This document shows positions 1 through 8,418 of a stretch of DNA of 64,000 nt, piece by piece. Numbering within the stretch: position 1 is the first letter of the stretch; each line of letters opens with the position of its first letter. A program made the position numbers and the translations under genes. The DNA lies in the IMG/VR virus record IMGVR_UViG_3300025410_000009; one strand, written 5' to 3'. A model generated the notes under the pieces. The model ran no database searches, was not told where the DNA came from, and saw nothing but the letters and a program-made list of their open reading frames with translations. This stretch comes from a virus. Lineage: Duplodnaviria; Caudoviricetes.

Positions 1-1314
1 AACTTTCAAGTCGAAATGGGCAGTGATGCCGCTGGCAATCGAGTGCTACAGCGTGTGCCTGTGTTCTACGCCGATGCCAGTCGCCAGGCCAGCCAAATCT
101 TGCGCGGCAACAGCGAGAATACCATCAAGAGTGTGCCGGCCATGGCTGTGCACATTGCTCAGATAGTGTATGATCGCGAACGAGTTCAAGACCCTACATT
201 TGTCAGTACACTGAATGTTAGAACCAGAGAGTATGATCCTGCCACTGGTCAGTACACCAATCGACAGGGCGGTGCTTACACAGTCGAACGTTTAATGCCA
301 GTGCCGTATAAATTGACTTTGAAAGTGGATGTGTGGACCAGCAACACCGAGCAAAAACTCATGTTGTTGGAACAGCTGATGATTTTGTTTAATCCAGCAC
401 TGGAAATACAGAGCACCGACAACTATGTGGACTGGACCAGTTTGAGCTATGTGTTGTTGACCGACATCAGCTGGACCAATCGCAGTATTCCAGCCAGTAC
501 CGAAGAAACCATTGACATTGCATCCTTGACCTTTGAGTTGCCAATTTGGGTCAGTGCTCCAGCCAATGTCAAACAGCTGGGTGTGGTACAAAAAATTGTC
601 AGTACAGTATTTGATGCCAACGGTGCCCTGTTACCCGAATCATTCAACGACGATGGTAGCCCAGCATCAACATCTACACAGATGACCAATGCAGCTTACA
701 CTTTCTTGAATTATAATGTATACTATCAAGGTAACACCTTGCAACTGATGAAAACCACAGCCGCTATAGAATTATCGCAATCACACCACCAGTGGGCACC
801 CTTGGTTGATCAGTACGGTAAACTAAAAAATGGCATAAGTCAAATTAGACTCATGCAGGCCAATGGATCTGAAGTGTTGGGCACAGTGGCCTATCACCCC
901 ACTGATGGCTCGTTGTTGCTGTTTACACCCTACAACGACACGCTGCCAGTAAATACTCTGGATCCAGTCAATGCCATCATTAACCCACAAAATGTCGACA
1001 TTACCAGCACTGGTCTATTGAATCCTGCAGTTAGAACAAGATACTTAATCTTGCACGGCATTGGGTCAGTGTACAATACCGATGCTGCAGCCATATGGAA
1101 CAATCACGGATATCCTCAGCTGATAGCCAACGCCAACGACATCATTGAGTACACTGGCACACACTGGATCGTGATATTCAACAGCCAAGACATCAAAGAT
1201 GTGCACTATGTTACAAATCTAAAAACTGGTACTCAGTATCGTTGGCAAGATGGCGGCTGGGCCAAGAGTGTTGAAGGCGAATACAGCGCCGGCAATTGGA
1301 GTTTTATTCTGTGA
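1..1314 (+). CDS. T4 gp15-like tail sheath stabilizer/terminator with C-terminal extension (5'-truncated)
   Basis: The frame is open from base 1 (NFQVE-MGSD), so the true start lies upstream. VPYKLTLKVDVWTSNTEQKLMLLEQLMILFNP...DWTSLS...IDIASLTFELPIWVSAPANVK resembles T4-like gp15 proteins. Confidence 0.75.
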   Translation, partial: NFQVEMGSDAAGNRVLQRVPVFYADASRQASQILRGNSENTIKSVPAMAVHIAQIVYDRERVQDPTFVSTLNVRTREYDPATGQYTNRQGGAYTVERLMPVPYKLTLKVDVWTSNTEQKLMLLEQLMILFNPALEIQSTDNYVDWTSLSYVLLTDISWTNRSIPASTEETIDIASLTFELPIWVSAPANVKQLGVVQKIVSTVFDANGALLPESFNDDGSPASTSTQMTNAAYTFLNYNVYYQGNTLQLMKTTAAIELSQSHHQWAPLVDQYGKLKNGISQIRLMQANGSEVLGTVAYHPTDGSLLLFTPYNDTLPVNTLDPVNAIINPQNVDITSTGLLNPAVRTRYLILHGIGSVYNTDAAAIWNNHGYPQLIANANDIIEYTGTHWIVIFNSQDIKDVHYVTNLKTGTQYRWQDGGWAKSVEGEYSAGNWSFIL

Positions 1315-1733
1315 TCGAGAGTACTGGTGCACTGATTTACTGTACTCAGACCAATAGATATTTGTTTTTACTACGCAACGGTAGCAAGTATCAAGGTACT
1401 TGGGGATTGCCGGGCGGCAAACTAGAAGCCAATGAGTTGGTCAGTGTGGGGCTAGCTAGAGAAATTGAAGAAGAACTTGGCGGGGTCATTCCCGGCTGCA
1501 AGTTGATACCGATTGAAACATTTACCAGTGACAATGGCAAGTTTGCTTATCACACATTCTTAATTCCAGTTGAACAAGAATTTGTACCCTTTTTGAATCA
1601 CGAGCATAGAGGCTATGCGTGGGTACGATTAGAAGATTATCCCAAACCGTTACATCCGGGAGTTTGGCGCACCATTAACTTTGACATAGTGTCAGCCAAG
1701 ATACGCACCGTGGTGGCCGCAATCAAGGCGTAA
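1311..1733 (+). CDS. NUDIX hydrolase
   Basis: Exact Nudix box G-x5-E-x7-REUxEExG (GKLEANELVSVGLAREIEEELG). I prefer the GTG at 1311, which forms a GTGA overlap with the gp15 stop, over the TTG at 1296. Confidence 0.92.
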   Translation: MIESTGALIYCTQTNRYLFLLRNGSKYQGTWGLPGGKLEANELVSVGLAREIEEELGGVIPGCKLIPIETFTSDNGKFAYHTFLIPVEQEFVPFLNHEHRGYAWVRLEDYPKPLHPGVWRTINFDIVSAKIRTVVAAIKA

Positions 1734-1902
1734 AGAAATCAGGAAATTGGGCAATGGCCCAGGCCAGTGCGTCAGTTTCATCATCAAATTTGCCACCATG
1801 ATCGCTGTGGTGTGGTTGTCGTACCACTTCCACACCACGTTCCAGTATGGTCAAACCAGTTTTGTCATCGTATGTATAGGTGTATTGTTCTTTAAGGCGC
1901 AT
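1723..1902 (-). CDS. Small hypothetical protein (59 aa), paralog of 10626..10853
   Basis: The ATG at 1902 lies 4 nt downstream of GATAAATA. VVRQPHHSDHGGKFDDETDALAWA...F aligns with VLHQPLRPTWGDPVPWQNEQEARDWA...F. Confidence 0.65.
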   Translation of the reverse strand: MRLKEQYTYTYDDKTGLTILERGVEVVRQPHHSDHGGKFDDETDALAWAIAQFPDFFTP

Positions 1903-1906
1903 ACAA

Positions 1907-1914
1907 TATTTATC
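1907..1914 (-). promoter_or_regulatory. T4-late-like promoter motif GATAAATA
   Basis: 7/8 match to TATAAATA directly upstream of the ATG at 1902. Confidence 0.5.
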
Positions 1915-4609
1915 ACTCAACAGTAAAAGTGCTGGATCCTATGTGTTTGCATAACACAGTGGTATCTGCATATAATCGGAATCCGCGTGTGCGTGCCTTG
2001 GTACAGAAATCAATATCCTCAGATATGGTGTTGGCATGATCAATTGCTGAGTGATACACAAAATGTGGGTACGGAATAGCTCTAAATACCTCGCCCTTGA
2101 TCAAGGCGCAGCCAAAGCCGCAACTGGCAATTTCCACTAATCCACGCCCACGAATCTTTTCGTAAGGTATGTGTGTGACTCCACCGCGATCATTGGGTTC
2201 ATACACTTCCAAGGTATGACGTCCAGGAATACGCTGTATATACAGACCAGACACAATGTCACAATCATGTGCCAACAGTTTGGACAGCGTATCGGGCGGG
2301 AAGGCCATGTCGCTGTCAACTGCAAACAAGTAATCATAACCTTTGACCACCCAGTCAGCAATCAAGTTACGCACTTGGTCAACATTGTAGCCGTAAAAAT
2401 ACTGGAACACAGCTTGGTATCCTGCAGGTATGACTAAATCATAAATGCTCTTGAATGTTTCAGCTTCAATATTTCTAGCTGTGGGAATGGCAATCAAGAT
2501 GGTTTTCTTTGCTTGTGCTGTAGGTGTTGGTGTTGCCACTATAGTTGGACTTGGTCGACGACTGATCACTGCAGCATTGATGTTTTGTGTAGTGGCATTG
2601 ACCTTGTAGTCGTTCAAGGGATTGACATCGTTGTAGTTGTACACAATGTCTTGTAGGCAACGTACTTGATCGGGATCGGCTGCTTCGATCAAACTGTAGA
2701 ATGTGCTGCCATCGCCGCCAGCACCATACCAGTTGCCAGCATCGTCTTGGAAGTTGCTGTCGGGAATGCCTGTGATCAACCGCTGTTTAAATGTACGCAG
2801 ATGTGTATAGGGCAATATCCAATTGAACTTGTGTTCGCGATAGGCTCGGCGTTGGCGTATGGCTTGTGGATAGGGCTGGCTGATCAGGGGAATGTTGTCG
2901 GCCATGCTCCAGCATGAACCGTAAGTGAATTCGGTATTGCCATCGTATACTGCATTGTAGTAAGTAAAGATGGTGTTGTCGTTGACTAGGCTGTCGTCGC
3001 CATCTAGTATCATGACAATGGATTCGGGATCGGGTAAAGATCTAAACACCGATAATTGGTTGGCCACTGCACCACGATTTTCAGTGTTTTCAATCACAGT
3101 GAATTTGGCTCTGATGTCATCGGGTAGTGCTGCCAGTGCGGCATGCAGGTTGGTTGATGTGGCATCAGTGCTGGCATCGTTTACCAGGTACACTTGATAG
3201 TTGTCATAGTCTTGTGCTGCGATACTGTCAATACATCTGGCGATGTAATTTTCGCAGTTGTAGAAAGTGCTCACTACCACAATGGGCTGTTCGCGACCGG
3301 GGCGATACGATTCCAGTTCAATAGTGTTGTGAAATCTGCGGCCGTAAATCTTGTGTATACGGCGATTGATTTGACTGACCTCACGATATTGGTCACGTGG
3401 CAAATATGCACCAATCTTTTTGTAAATGTGCTGTTGCCATTGTTGTGCCACGGTGCCCCATGAAGCTATGTCCTTGACAATGTTGCAGTAGTATTGTTTT
3501 TGCTGATGCAGGTAACGATCATTGTAGGCCCGTACAGTCATTTCAACAAACTTGTCAATTTGTGCATCTGTGTTGATATCAGGGAACAAGTTGTTGGGCT
3601 CTACTGGATAGTCTATTAGGTAGCAGGCACGCTCTAGTGCCACTTCTTCTAGCGCACCAAATCTACAGGTCAAGATTGGGGTATTGTACAACAGGCTTTC
3701 CAGTGCACTGATACCGTATGTTTCAGGAAACATGGCCGGGTAAATGGTGTAACTGGCCTGTGCCAAAGTTTCAGCTACCACACGCTGTGGTACAACTCCA
3801 GTGAACTCCATGTCCAAGGCCAAATTGGCTGGATCTGAACTCATGGCACGCCATTCAACTTCTTGTGCATCAGGTGCTGCAGTTGAACCGAATTTGTAAA
3901 AGCCACCTAAGATTTTTAATCGTGCTCGAGGCAGCAGTTTTTTGACTCGAGGCCACACACGTTTGACCAAGACTGACATGCCTTTGCTGACTGCAGCATT
4001 GTACACAAACAGGTCAGGATCCTTGGCCGTGATGTCTACTTCGGGTATGTAGTTCACTGCACCATTGCGTGTCATGAATATTTTGTTTTTGAGCACTTCA
4101 TAGTTGCGACGACGACCATGCTGGCAGTTGGTCACATATGTGGTATGGAAGTCACTGAGCGTAAAGATGTCGGTGATGCGATTGCTGACTGCCAATTCTT
4201 CAATTAGGTTGTCGCCCAAGCAAAAGGTGTCATGCATCCACAGTATACGCATCTTGGCGCGACTGACAATTCGATCATATAGATTCATACCAGCATAGGG
4301 CATGGCACGACCATCTCCCAAGCGGCCATAGTCTCTGGGATCGGTAAACGGAATCACAGTTCTAGAACTGATGACTACATCAAACGTCCAGTCTTGTGCT
4401 AGTTCACCGAGCAGTCGATAAGTGACTCCGTCGTAGACACCAGGCCGTGCAGTATCCGAGCAGTTGTTGAAAACTGTAACGTCAAAACCCAGCTGTTGTA
4501 ATTCACGTGCCATTAGTGTTGCGGCACTTTCGCTTCCACCCAAACCTTGTTTGGCCAAAGTAGACCCATCGTAGGGTATACCAATTATGTCGATGATGGC
4601 AATATTCAT
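1913..4609 (-). CDS. Three-domain glycosyltransferase fusion (GT-B plus two GT2-like GT-A domains), about 898 aa
   Basis: GT-B: YNAAVSKG...ETYGISALESLLYNTPILTCRFGALEE. GT-A 1: VVSTFYNCENYIARCIDSIAAQDYDNYQVYLVNDASTD...ILDGDDSL. GT-A 2: ILIAIPTARN...YLFAVDSDM...SCGFGCALIK...SEDIDFC. I prefer the start MNIAIID at 4609 (GTAAATA at 4615-4621) over 4642. Confidence 0.9.
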   Translation of the reverse strand: MNIAIIDIIGIPYDGSTLAKQGLGGSESAATLMARELQQLGFDVTVFNNCSDTARPGVYDGVTYRLLGELAQDWTFDVVISSRTVIPFTDPRDYGRLGDGRAMPYAGMNLYDRIVSRAKMRILWMHDTFCLGDNLIEELAVSNRITDIFTLSDFHTTYVTNCQHGRRRNYEVLKNKIFMTRNGAVNYIPEVDITAKDPDLFVYNAAVSKGMSVLVKRVWPRVKKLLPRARLKILGGFYKFGSTAAPDAQEVEWRAMSSDPANLALDMEFTGVVPQRVVAETLAQASYTIYPAMFPETYGISALESLLYNTPILTCRFGALEEVALERACYLIDYPVEPNNLFPDINTDAQIDKFVEMTVRAYNDRYLHQQKQYYCNIVKDIASWGTVAQQWQQHIYKKIGAYLPRDQYREVSQINRRIHKIYGRRFHNTIELESYRPGREQPIVVVSTFYNCENYIARCIDSIAAQDYDNYQVYLVNDASTDATSTNLHAALAALPDDIRAKFTVIENTENRGAVANQLSVFRSLPDPESIVMILDGDDSLVNDNTIFTYYNAVYDGNTEFTYGSCWSMADNIPLISQPYPQAIRQRRAYREHKFNWILPYTHLRTFKQRLITGIPDSNFQDDAGNWYGAGGDGSTFYSLIEAADPDQVRCLQDIVYNYNDVNPLNDYKVNATTQNINAAVISRRPSPTIVATPTPTAQAKKTILIAIPTARNIEAETFKSIYDLVIPAGYQAVFQYFYGYNVDQVRNLIADWVVKGYDYLFAVDSDMAFPPDTLSKLLAHDCDIVSGLYIQRIPGRHTLEVYEPNDRGGVTHIPYEKIRGRGLVEIASCGFGCALIKGEVFRAIPYPHFVYHSAIDHANTISEDIDFCTKARTRGFRLYADTTVLCKHIGSSTFTVE

Positions 4610-4669
4610 GCATTTATTTACTGTGTGCCGAAAGGGTATCATAAATTTTGATTCGAAAAAATATCTGAG

Positions 4670-4699
4670 TTGACATTTTTACCCTATAAATATTACTAT
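4670..4699 (+). promoter_or_regulatory. Nested promoters: sigma70-like TTGACA-N18-TACTAT with a perfect T4-late TATAAATA in the spacer
   Basis: TTGACA at 4670-4675, TATAAATA at 4685-4692, TACTAT at 4694-4699, an SD-like AGGA before the ATG at 4720. Confidence 0.6.
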
Positions 4700-4719
4700 C
4701 AATTAACAGGAATTTCAAT

Positions 4720-6543
4720 ATGTCAGTTTGGATAGCAGGTATCACACGCGGCCACAACGGGGCCGTTTGCCTTTTACGAGATGGTGAAATTGTGTTTGCC
4801 ATTGAAGAAGAGCGGTTGACTCGACTAAAGTATGACGGCTCGCCCATGGCAGCAATGACCAAGATTTTAGAGTATACTGATCGTCTAGACTACATGGTCA
4901 TGGCACATACTGATCAGCTGGGATCGCAAGGAAAAGTTGATTATACTGCAGAAGATGTGTACACCAGTCTAGCCAGAAAATTAAAATTAATTGGGCCTAT
5001 TAATAGAGACTTACCGCTAAATTCAAACAACACCATTGCCCATCCGCAAGTGATTGATTTGGGCACCATGCATCATCGTTTACATGCTGCGTGTGCGTTC
5101 TATCGTTCAGGATTTGATCAGGCCACAGCAGTTATAGTTGATGGCGCCGGAAGTGTATATTGGCGTGGAAATGATCGTCAGTGGGAAGTTGAAAGTATTT
5201 TTACCTGTAGTTACCCAAACATACTTGATACTGTGTTTGCACATAGAGCAGGCAAAGGCCCATGGGCCAGTAGCTATTTCAGCAAATTTAAAGATTCAGA
5301 CGCACCACCAGATGCAAATACATTTGAGTTATTAGATGATGCATCTGTGGGCATTGTTAAAGCCTACGAAGCGGTGACATCATATTGCGGTTGGGGCGAA
5401 ATTGAGGCTGGTAAGACCATGGGTTTATCACCATATGGGCGACCAAATGCAAATATTCCGCCCATCTATAACGATGCTGCCGGCTCTTGGATACACGGTA
5501 ACCGAGATTTATTTGTCACCAACTACCCGCAAGCGGCTTATGTAAACATTGGAGAATGTCCAGAATTAGACGACCCAGCCGAAGTACGAGAATCTATAGT
5601 CGATGTGACCATGCTACAAAATCGCAGAGATCTTGCGTATGCAGTTCAAACACAAAGCCAAGAGGCGGTATTAAAAATTATACTCAAGGCTGTGGAAAAA
5701 ACTGGATGTAAAAATGTTGTACTGTCTGGCGGTTATGGATTAAACTGTGTTGCCAACTATTACTACCTAACTAAACTAAATGAGCTGGGCATTAATCTTT
5801 ATGTTGAGCCCATCAGCAGTGATGCAGGAACCAGCATTGGTGCCGCGCTGTTTGTTCACCATAGTATAATGAATACCGAGCGTCCAAAACCTAGGGCATC
5901 AAGTTTGTACTTGGGTTTTGAATACACATATTCAGCTGATGATATTCGTGCTGTGGCCGAAAAGTATCAAGCTGAAACAAGCACGGTGACCAATCATGAT
6001 GTGGTGCAGTTGTTACGCAACCGTAACATTGTGGCGGTGTTCCGAGGTCGTAGTGAAAGTGGCCCTAGAGCACTGGGCAATCGCAGTATCTTGTTTGATC
6101 CCACTGTGCCCAACGGCAAAGATTTTGTCAACAGCGTTAAACATCGAGAATATTTTAGACCTTTTGCCGGCAGTATCTTGCACGAACATGTCAACGAGTG
6201 GTTTGACATGCGCGGCATGGAAGAGAGCCCGCACATGATGTATGCTGTCAACTGCCAACCCGGCAAAGGTGAGCTTGTTCCCAGCATTATTCATGTGGAC
6301 GGTACTTGCCGTATTCAAACAGTCAAGCGTGAACAAAATCCGCTATATTACGATTTGATATCAGATTTTTATGCCGAGTCGGGTGTTCCTGTTATTTTTA
6401 ACACCAGCTTTAACCTGGGCGGCGAACCTTTAGTGGAAACACTGGATGATGCTGTACGCACTTTGGCCAATAGCGATATTGAATATCTGTATCTCATGGA
6501 ATTCCAAACCCTAATTACTGTAAAAAATCATACTGGAGATTAA
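4720..6543 (+). CDS. O-carbamoyltransferase, NodU/CmcH/TobZ family
   Basis: Kae1-like half: GHNGAVCL..EEERLTRLK, HHRLHAACAF, VDGAG, GKTMGLSPYG, SGGYGLNCVAN, SDAGTSIGAA. YrdC-like half: ESGPRALGNRS, VKHREYFRPFA, HVDGTCRIQ, NTSFN. Confidence 0.95.
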   Translation: MSVWIAGITRGHNGAVCLLRDGEIVFAIEEERLTRLKYDGSPMAAMTKILEYTDRLDYMVMAHTDQLGSQGKVDYTAEDVYTSLARKLKLIGPINRDLPLNSNNTIAHPQVIDLGTMHHRLHAACAFYRSGFDQATAVIVDGAGSVYWRGNDRQWEVESIFTCSYPNILDTVFAHRAGKGPWASSYFSKFKDSDAPPDANTFELLDDASVGIVKAYEAVTSYCGWGEIEAGKTMGLSPYGRPNANIPPIYNDAAGSWIHGNRDLFVTNYPQAAYVNIGECPELDDPAEVRESIVDVTMLQNRRDLAYAVQTQSQEAVLKIILKAVEKTGCKNVVLSGGYGLNCVANYYYLTKLNELGINLYVEPISSDAGTSIGAALFVHHSIMNTERPKPRASSLYLGFEYTYSADDIRAVAEKYQAETSTVTNHDVVQLLRNRNIVAVFRGRSESGPRALGNRSILFDPTVPNGKDFVNSVKHREYFRPFAGSILHEHVNEWFDMRGMEESPHMMYAVNCQPGKGELVPSIIHVDGTCRIQTVKREQNPLYYDLISDFYAESGVPVIFNTSFNLGGEPLVETLDDAVRTLANSDIEYLYLMEFQTLITVKNHTGD

Positions 6544-6544
6544 C

Positions 6545-7669
6545 TTGACACGACCACGAGCATATTTCATTAACGGCGGCGCTGGCCGTGTGATTGCATC
6601 TATTCCAGCGTTTGAACAATTGGCCAAAGTGGACAAAGACTTTATCATTGTTTGCGAAGGCGGCAGCGACCTCTATCGTGGGCACCCAGTGTTAGACCGC
6701 AGAGTATTTGAACACTGGCACAAGGGACTGTTCAATGATCACCTCAAACATCGTGACTTGATCACCCCCGAACCCTACCGCGTATGGGAATACTACAATC
6801 AAAAATGTAGTCTAGCGCAGGCTTTTGATATTGCCATCAATAACCAAGGTGTTCGCAATTTGCCGCCACCAAGTTTGCATTTAAACAAAATGGAAATTGC
6901 AGATGCTTACAAAATAACACAGGATATTCGTAGCAAGCTGGGGTTTGAAAAATTAGTTGTTGTGCAGCCGTTTGGTCGTAGTGTCAGCAACAGTGGCGGT
7001 TTGATTGTGGATCCCACATCAAGAAGTATTGCTCAGCAAGATCTAATAGAGCTAGTGAATATCTTGAAGAAAGACTATGGTGTTGTTGTCATGAGCGAAT
7101 TGGGCGATGTGCTAGGCGACAGCAATCAGGGAGTGGCCCAGCCCAGAATTCCGCATATACGTATTTGGGCAGCGGTAATTGAGTTATCAGATCACTTCAT
7201 TGGCTGTGACAGCGTGGGTCAACACATAGCTCGTGCACTGGGCAAAACTGCCACTGTGGTCACAGGATCAACATTTCCCATCAATGTAAGCTATCCCGAT
7301 TGCAGCGATTTTGACATTATTGATGCTGGTGCTAAAACAAGACAGTATAGTCCCATTAGAATCTCCATGGAAGATCATATCGAGCGCAACAACGACCAGT
7401 GCATGGAACTGACTTCAGACATGAAATCACAGATCTTGAAAAGTGCTAGAAAACGATTGGGTAAATCAGTTAAGTCAAGTGCAAAAAATACAACATTGTC
7501 ACCAAATTATACCAATACACACTCGCACCATGAGCATGTTTTAACTTGCGACACTGCAGTAAGACCTGAACCTGGTTTTGCTATGAATCCGATTTCTCAA
7601 ACTATAACTGCAGAAAACACCTACATGAAGCCAGCAGAGTCTATCACACTAACTGCTACCGGTGTTTAA
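6545..7669 (+). CDS. GT9 (heptosyltransferase)-like GT-B glycosyltransferase
   Basis: FINGGAGRVIASIP at the N-terminus, LVVVQPFG, and HFIGCDSVGQHIARALGKTATVVTGST resembling the GT9 fIG.DSG..HlA.Alg motif. TTG start 6 nt after GGAG. Confidence 0.65.
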   Translation: MTRPRAYFINGGAGRVIASIPAFEQLAKVDKDFIIVCEGGSDLYRGHPVLDRRVFEHWHKGLFNDHLKHRDLITPEPYRVWEYYNQKCSLAQAFDIAINNQGVRNLPPPSLHLNKMEIADAYKITQDIRSKLGFEKLVVVQPFGRSVSNSGGLIVDPTSRSIAQQDLIELVNILKKDYGVVVMSELGDVLGDSNQGVAQPRIPHIRIWAAVIELSDHFIGCDSVGQHIARALGKTATVVTGSTFPINVSYPDCSDFDIIDAGAKTRQYSPIRISMEDHIERNNDQCMELTSDMKSQILKSARKRLGKSVKSSAKNTTLSPNYTNTHSHHEHVLTCDTAVRPEPGFAMNPISQTITAENTYMKPAESITLTATGV

Positions 7670-8406
7670 CCAGTCCACTGCTGTCGAGATTGGCTTAGTA
7701 GTTGATTTGGAGCTAAAGAAGCTGATGGATTTACATAAGCCGATGTCAAGAATATAAATGTGGTGCCACCACTATTAATATTGCCATCGGTTGACAGCGA
7801 TACACCGCCGCTGGTGTTGATAGTTAGGAATGCGGTAACTGAACTGGTTACTGGGGTAGACATCCAGGTTATTGGCACTGAAGTAAATGCCGATCCCGTA
7901 GTAGGATAATTCCAAGTTGATACTATAGCCAAGCCACCATCGTAGTCAGGCATGGTTGTAGTGGTTGCAATGGTTAACTCATTTATAGGATGTCGACGAG
8001 CATCAGCAAAGACCACTTGTCCTTCCATGTACGGAGTCCAAGATCCGGTTAAAGGTGTATTAAATGTCCAAGGACTATTGCCATTGTAACTGGCAGCATT
8101 GTAAATAGCAAAATCTAATTCAATGATACGTCCCTGATACCAGTAGTCCATGCTAAAATTAAGACTACCACGAACCAGCCGCGAATTGGCCAATTGTAAA
8201 TTTGCTGACCACGGATTGGTGGGATTTCCGTGTCCGTATAGTACTACATTGTCTGCAGGGTAACCCGATGGAACAAACTCAAGCGAGTCTTGAGTTTGAC
8301 TTATAATATTACCCCACCCAGCAACAAAGACTGGGTTACCCGTAACAGTTATTTGTAGTTCCTGATTCGGATTAGGGTAACTCGGATTTAATTCACCAAT
8401 TGGCAT
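7666..8406 (-). CDS. Hypothetical virion-associated protein (246 aa)
   Basis: Thr/Asn/Pro-rich, beta-type composition like its neighbours. Its TAA overlaps the convergent TAA of the GT9-like gene (TTAA at 7666-7669). Confidence 0.7.
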   Translation of the reverse strand: MPIGELNPSYPNPNQELQITVTGNPVFVAGWGNIISQTQDSLEFVPSGYPADNVVLYGHGNPTNPWSANLQLANSRLVRGSLNFSMDYWYQGRIIELDFAIYNAASYNGNSPWTFNTPLTGSWTPYMEGQVVFADARRHPINELTIATTTTMPDYDGGLAIVSTWNYPTTGSAFTSVPITWMSTPVTSSVTAFLTINTSGGVSLSTDGNINSGGTTFIFLTSAYVNPSASLAPNQLLSQSRQQWTG

Positions 8407-8418
8407 ATACCGTCCAGG

